This document shows, piece after piece, positions 59,365 through 64,000 of a DNA stretch of 64,000 nucleotides; the first letter of the stretch is position 1; every line of letters begins with the position of its first letter. Source of the stretch: Salinispira sp. (GTDB lineage: Bacteria > Spirochaetota > Spirochaetia > DSM-27196 > Salinispiraceae). The notes below the pieces were generated by a model. That model saw only the letters and a list, made by a program, of their open reading frames with translations. It was not told where the DNA came from and made no database searches. Made by a program: the position numbers and the translations under genes. Location: positions 96,001 to 160,000 of the forward strand of contig CBDDDG010000021.1 in the NCBI GenBank assembly GCA_965226555.1. The letters are read 5' to 3'.

Positions 59365-60462
59365 ATGGCTACTGTTGAATTGAAAAATGTCAACAAGATT
59401 TATGAAGGTAATGTTCATGCAGTGAAAGATGCGAATATTACTATTCAAGATAGAGAATTTGTCGTTCTTGTCGGTCCCTCAGGCTGCGGTAAGACGACTA
59501 CCCTTCGTATGGTAGCAGGACTTGAAGAGATATCAGCCGGTGAGCTTTATATTGATGAAAAGCTTGTTAATGATGTTCCCCCGAAGGATCGGGATATAGC
59601 GATGGTTTTTCAGAACTATGCGCTGTACCCTCATATGACTGTTTTTGATAATATGGCCTTTGGTCTCAAAATTCGTAAATACGAGAAACAGGAGATCCAA
59701 AAGCGGGTAGACGATGCAGCTGAGATTCTTGAAATAAAAGAGCTTCTCACTCGCCGTCCCAAGCAGCTTTCGGGTGGTCAGCGTCAGCGTGTCGCTGTCG
59801 GACGCGCTATTGTACGGCATCCGAAAGTCTTTCTCTTTGATGAGCCGCTTTCTAACCTCGATGCAAAGCTCAGAGTTCAAATGCGCGCTGAAATTTCTTC
59901 TCTTCACATACGGCTTCAGGCAACAATGATTTATGTTACTCATGATCAGGTTGAGGCAATGACTATGGGCGACAAGATTGTTGTTATGCGCGATGGTATC
60001 ATTCAGCAGATTGGCGATCCGCTCACGCTGTATAATGAGCCGGTAAACCGTTTTGTTGCGGGCTTTATGGGTTCTCCGCCGATGAATTTTATGACCGTTA
60101 ACGTAAAGAAAGACGGCAGTAAGATTATGATAGAAGAAGACGATTTCAGTCTTCATATCACCGGGAAGAATGCTGATGCAATTTCACCCTATGTCGACAA
60201 ATCTCTGGTTTTCGGTTTTCGGGCAGAAGATCTGGAATATAGCGCAAAGGCAGTAGCTGGTAAATCAATACCGGTATCTATCAGTGTTGTTGAACCGCTT
60301 GGAGCTGAAACCCATGTGTATGGAAATACATCGAATCACCAGATGATTGCCCGGGTAGAGTCGAACATCAAGATGGAAGTTGGAGAGCAAGCTCATTTTT
60401 GTCCTAATTTGGATAAGGTAATTTTCTTTGACATGGAGACAGATGCTTCAGTAAATCTCTGA
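59365..60462 (+). CDS. Sugar ABC transporter ATP-binding protein (MsmK/MalK/UgpC family)
   Basis: GPSGCGKTT, VFQNYALYPHM, LSGGQRQR, DEPLSNLD, TOBE domain. Confidence 0.95.
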   Translation: MATVELKNVNKIYEGNVHAVKDANITIQDREFVVLVGPSGCGKTTTLRMVAGLEEISAGELYIDEKLVNDVPPKDRDIAMVFQNYALYPHMTVFDNMAFGLKIRKYEKQEIQKRVDDAAEILEIKELLTRRPKQLSGGQRQRVAVGRAIVRHPKVFLFDEPLSNLDAKLRVQMRAEISSLHIRLQATMIYVTHDQVEAMTMGDKIVVMRDGIIQQIGDPLTLYNEPVNRFVAGFMGSPPMNFMTVNVKKDGSKIMIEEDDFSLHITGKNADAISPYVDKSLVFGFRAEDLEYSAKAVAGKSIPVSISVVEPLGAETHVYGNTSNHQMIARVESNIKMEVGEQAHFCPNLDKVIFFDMETDASVNL

Positions 60463-60489
60463 CAGCAGCATCTTCTGAGCAAAAAGAGC

Positions 60490-60520
60490 AAAAAACCACC
60501 TGAGATCAGGTGGTTTTTTT
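60490..60520 (+). terminator. Rho-independent (bidirectional) terminator
   Basis: AAAAAACCACCTGA-g-(a)TCAGGTGGTTTTTTT. Confidence 0.85.
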
Positions 60521-60649
60521 GTTTTATTGGGAAAAGAAATTTCAGAACATATCGGATTCATCAGGATAATAAAGCCTGAGGATATCTGCTGCGATGCTGT
60601 TCATTTTCACTTAGTTGAGCTCCATGTAAACGCCATTTATGCGCCGGCG

Positions 60650-60712
60650 TATAAATGGATTATAAATGGCGTATAAATGGCTTATAAATGGCTTATAAAT
60701 GGCTTATAAATG
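60650..60712. repeat. 11-bp tandem repeat (TATAAATGGCT)n, about 6 units
   Basis: Read directly; one inverted partial unit at about 60631-60640. Confidence 0.85.
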
Positions 60713-60738
60713 CGTATAACTTATGAGCGATATATAAG

Positions 60739-62406
60739 TTATGCGCTGAAGTTGTAAAAAGCAGTCTTCCGATCGCCATGTTTGTAAATTTTACCTTTAT
60801 TCGCGAGCTGCATCAGAAGTTTTGTGGACTGGTTTGGGGTTAAATGGCAGAGTTCGACTACATCGGATCGCCTGATCTTTTTGTGCTTCTGTATGAATCG
60901 CATTACCATCTGTTCCTGTTGAATTTTGTTGAATCCGATCTGGCGGATGTATTCGGCCTGTTGGCCTGTTTTCTGGTAAAGATGAGCGCTCAGGGTGTAG
61001 GTTCGTCCTCGGCCGGTGCCATGCGCTTCCAGAAAACCCGTTTCACACAGTTTTTCGAGCGTGGCTCGAACATTGGCTTCTGATTTTTGTACAGATTCAG
61101 TAAGGTCAGCCGTTGTTAAGCGTCTTTCTTCCCGTAATTTGGACAGAATAATGAGAGAATCAATGGGCATATTTTCAAATTTATCTTGTTCGATCAGCAT
61201 TTTAAGGAATTCAATATCTGCAACAGTATTGAGCATCTGAACAGAGACAGCAAATTCATCTGACATAGTATAATCTGGCGCCGGTCGACCATATCGCAAC
61301 ATGCCTTCATAAATCCGGTCAATACCTCTTCCTGTTCGTTCAGCCAGTCCAATTCGCTTTATTACATCGGCCAATAAGGGATTACGTGAACGAGGAGCCG
61401 CGACCAACAGATTATTGAAATTAACCCCCTCAACAAATCCGCCCGGATTACTAATTGTGAGTCCGTCATGAGAAATGGTAACATGAACAGCGCCTAATCT
61501 GCTGAAATCGCGATGAACGAGAGCATTAACAAAGGCCTCCCGAAATGCGCGGCGATCGTAATTGGGAACCGGAACACGAAATAACCCAATTTGAATTTCT
61601 TCCTCTTCCACGCGCGCCTTAAACAAAACTTCAATTTCCTCAAAAGTTTGCAGGAGCGGTTTTCGGAAAAACTCATTTACCCTGACATCTGTACCATTGA
61701 GAACCTGAAAGGCAGCTTCGTAGGCCGGAATATGCTGACGCAGGAGGTACTCTGTTCCCAACAACAGCAAACCGGTAATGGTCGGCCGTTTGCTGCCATT
61801 AACCTCCCGACATAAGCCCAATGCATCATCCAATTCTTCATCGGACAAAGGAAGGAGACTCGGTTCTCCGCCATATTTTTTAATGGCATTTCGCAGGCGC
61901 AGACGTTGAAGGGAATCCAACTGTCGGTGAGAAATATCTTCTAAAATCATTGCCGATGGATCAATCTGCCCCATTGATGACTGCCGCTGAATAAATTCGT
62001 GCGCGTAGAACGGGACAGCCTCAGGAGTACCGTTAAGTTTTACGCGGCGCCGAAGTAGGCGCCCATCTGAAGTTGAGATTAGTTGCCGTGATTTTGGGAC
62101 GTGAATGTGCGCAACTGATTTGCCGGAAATAGTGTATTTTTCCACATTGACTGAAACGGCAGGATTGGTTTTATTCGCAACAAGCGGGGGAATACCGGAA
62201 ATGTCTATATGATTCGGATGCAGTCCCGTAACTGTTCCATCATCTTCAACGCCAAGCAATAATTCACCCCCTTCAGTATTCGCAAGGGATACAACTGCCG
62301 CAAGCACATCTTTGTCCGACAGTGGCTTCTGATCACTTTTGAACTCCACAGTTAAGCTTTCTCCCTGCTGAATAATATCTGCTATTTCATCTCTGCTCAC
62401 GCCCAA
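60739..62406 (-). CDS. AlbA_2/Schlafen + RecG-like ATP-binding + C-terminal HTH protein
   Basis: GESLTVEFKSD, LANTEGG.LLLGVEDDG, REAFVNALVHRDF, SNPGGF, RNP, ERTGRGID. Start codon uncertain. Confidence 0.88.
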   Translation of the reverse strand: MGVSRDEIADIIQQGESLTVEFKSDQKPLSDKDVLAAVVSLANTEGGELLLGVEDDGTVTGLHPNHIDISGIPPLVANKTNPAVSVNVEKYTISGKSVAHIHVPKSRQLISTSDGRLLRRRVKLNGTPEAVPFYAHEFIQRQSSMGQIDPSAMILEDISHRQLDSLQRLRLRNAIKKYGGEPSLLPLSDEELDDALGLCREVNGSKRPTITGLLLLGTEYLLRQHIPAYEAAFQVLNGTDVRVNEFFRKPLLQTFEEIEVLFKARVEEEEIQIGLFRVPVPNYDRRAFREAFVNALVHRDFSRLGAVHVTISHDGLTISNPGGFVEGVNFNNLLVAAPRSRNPLLADVIKRIGLAERTGRGIDRIYEGMLRYGRPAPDYTMSDEFAVSVQMLNTVADIEFLKMLIEQDKFENMPIDSLIILSKLREERRLTTADLTESVQKSEANVRATLEKLCETGFLEAHGTGRGRTYTLSAHLYQKTGQQAEYIRQIGFNKIQQEQMVMRFIQKHKKIRRSDVVELCHLTPNQSTKLLMQLANKGKIYKHGDRKTAFYNFSA

Positions 62407-62573
62407 TACACCTCGGATAATCCACTTCCGATTATACCGGAAATTTTGAAAAATGCAAAATTTCTATTTGCAAAACTTCTATAATGTAGTTTTCTGAAAC
62501 ATTGCTGCATGTTGAATGAGAATGAACAGATGATTGGCAAGGACTGGAGAATAGTGTATACTGCCACTATGGA

Positions 62574-63332
62574 GTGAACATGATTATTCATGAAATTGAA
62601 TGCCGTGCAATTGTATCTATGCAGGTTGCAGATATTCAACCAACAGCAGATATTTTTACCAAAATGATTTCACACTTTTCCGATCTAGACCTCATACCAT
62701 CAACGTATGAAGAAATGGATGGTAAAGGGAACATGACTACACGGTTGCAACTACGTTCATCGGATGTGGACTTGTGGACAATAAATTTTTCTTCCAATAT
62801 GGTCGATATAAAACGCCGAAACACAAACATACATACTATTCCGTTTAATAAAAAAACAAAATTCACAGAGGAAATTACATATATTCTGACAAAAATTCTT
62901 CAGATATTTCCCAGATTCCGCGATCAATCTTTCAGCAATAATCTTTTATTCATGAGTGAATATTTTTTGACAGAATTAGATCATGAAGAAAAGCAAAAAT
63001 CGACACGGGGTTTGTACACTCTCGGAAGCATATATTCTAATGAAATTTTACCCAACTGGGGGCAAAGCGCTATGATCCGGAAAAAAATAGATATTGGTGA
63101 AAAACAAGAGGAATGCAATGTACTTGCGCAGGCGCAACAAGCGCAGGGAAAGCTACTGATAGAATCAGAATATCAATCTTGGGAGGGTATTAAAATTAAT
63201 TATATTATGCGTACTCTTCTGGAGAATAGTGCTTATCGATTCGGAATTGATGAAATTTCTTTATTCTACCAATCAATTATTACAATGGAAGATCAGCTAA
63301 AAACCGACTTCATAAATGGATTAGGGAGGTAG
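62574..63332 (+). CDS. Hypothetical protein, first gene of a low-GC operon
   Basis: 252-aa ORF, AT-rich, 4 nt from the next gene. Confidence 0.7.
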   Translation: MNMIIHEIECRAIVSMQVADIQPTADIFTKMISHFSDLDLIPSTYEEMDGKGNMTTRLQLRSSDVDLWTINFSSNMVDIKRRNTNIHTIPFNKKTKFTEEITYILTKILQIFPRFRDQSFSNNLLFMSEYFLTELDHEEKQKSTRGLYTLGSIYSNEILPNWGQSAMIRKKIDIGEKQEECNVLAQAQQAQGKLLIESEYQSWEGIKINYIMRTLLENSAYRFGIDEISLFYQSIITMEDQLKTDFINGLGR

Positions 63333-63336
63333 TTAT

Positions 63337-63978
63337 ATGGAATACAAAGAACTTTCCCCGATATTTTATTCGATGAAACAATTAACCGAAATTACCAAGA
63401 GCTTTTCGGAGAGCATAAGTGAAATGCTTCATTCGAATGTTATAGAATCTCCCAACAGCACTTCTAACCTTGAAAAGTACGATGAAAACAAAATTAACAG
63501 GGAGAGACTGGAATTCCTTCGTAAACATACTACCCCGCGATTTATTAAGCTCATTCGGGAGGAGCATTTTGAATTTGGCTATACATCGCAAAGCGAAATT
63601 TTTCTCAGAGAATTATTGGAGAAGAATTCTTTGGCAACAATGAGCTGGCTGAACGAATTGTATAACGATAACTTTCACAATGATGTTATTCTGATAGGGA
63701 TAGTGAGGTTACTTGGAAGATTCGATGAAGCAAGTATAAAACCTCAGGGACAAACTATGGCATTAGGGTCACTTATTCATAAAAATTTGGAAATTTGCGA
63801 ATTAGGTATTAGAGCATTTGAAAGTTGGGGATCAACGGACAGTCTCCGTATTTTGAAACAGACTCGCGTTAGTGTTTTGAAACAGATTTCTATTGCAGAC
63901 AAGTGGCTCAAACAGTACCTTGAAGAAGTAATTAGCGATTTGGAAGAAGATCATGCCCTATCTAATACGAAAATATAG
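63337..63978 (+). CDS. Hypothetical protein with HEAT-like helical C-terminus
   Basis: SD GGAGG; FEFGY.S, E.GIRAFESW motifs. Confidence 0.7.
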   Translation: MEYKELSPIFYSMKQLTEITKSFSESISEMLHSNVIESPNSTSNLEKYDENKINRERLEFLRKHTTPRFIKLIREEHFEFGYTSQSEIFLRELLEKNSLATMSWLNELYNDNFHNDVILIGIVRLLGRFDEASIKPQGQTMALGSLIHKNLEICELGIRAFESWGSTDSLRILKQTRVSVLKQISIADKWLKQYLEEVISDLEEDHALSNTKI

Positions 63979-64000
63979 TCGGGCAAAATGGAGGGGAGTA
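63953..64000 (+). CDS. Start of a third operon gene, runs off window
   Basis: ATG 63953 reads MPYLIRKYSRAKWRGV and overlaps the previous gene's end. Confidence 0.5.
   Translation, partial: MPYLIRKYSRAKWRGV

Noticed and set aside
564..62406. Numerous long antisense ORFs (e.g. 564-1538, 4153-4890, 34036-34818, 43569-44411, 59533-60156)
   Set aside because: They overlap confidently identified genes on the opposite strand and show no motifs.

Overview
64-kb chromosomal window from a bacterium that is probably a host-associated spirochaete. This is inferred from spirochaete-type lipoboxes, gene order and Fn3/DUF285 surface proteins; no database search was run. The housekeeping backbone includes tmRNA, smpB, serS, proC, relA/spoT-prmC-prfA, xth, aroK/aroC, nqrBCDEF without nqrA, two lepB genes, nagZ, glgA, a GH4 enzyme and a sugar ABC ATPase. 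Accessory DNA interrupts it repeatedly. (1) Four Rpn/YhgA PD-(D/E)XK genes each have an internal SD+ATG for a C-terminal small protein and a shared upstream module containing a decayed Rpn N-terminus. One of these cassettes is bracketed by a 226-bp direct repeat that duplicates a neighbouring gene's 3' end. (2) Four mosaic Fn3+DUF285 (BspA-like) lipoproteins carry hypervariable 25-aa repeats. One is frameshifted at a G10 tract in its signal peptide and one is broken by a single in-frame TAG. (3) An NYN RNase gene is preceded by promoter, hairpin RNA and U-tract, resembling type III toxin-antitoxin architecture. (4) Three orphan DNA methyltransferases, two AlbA/Schlafen ATP-binding genes, several gene fossils and two families of dispersed palindromic repeats are also present. 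No CRISPR array, reverse transcriptase, integrase, rRNA or tRNA gene was found.
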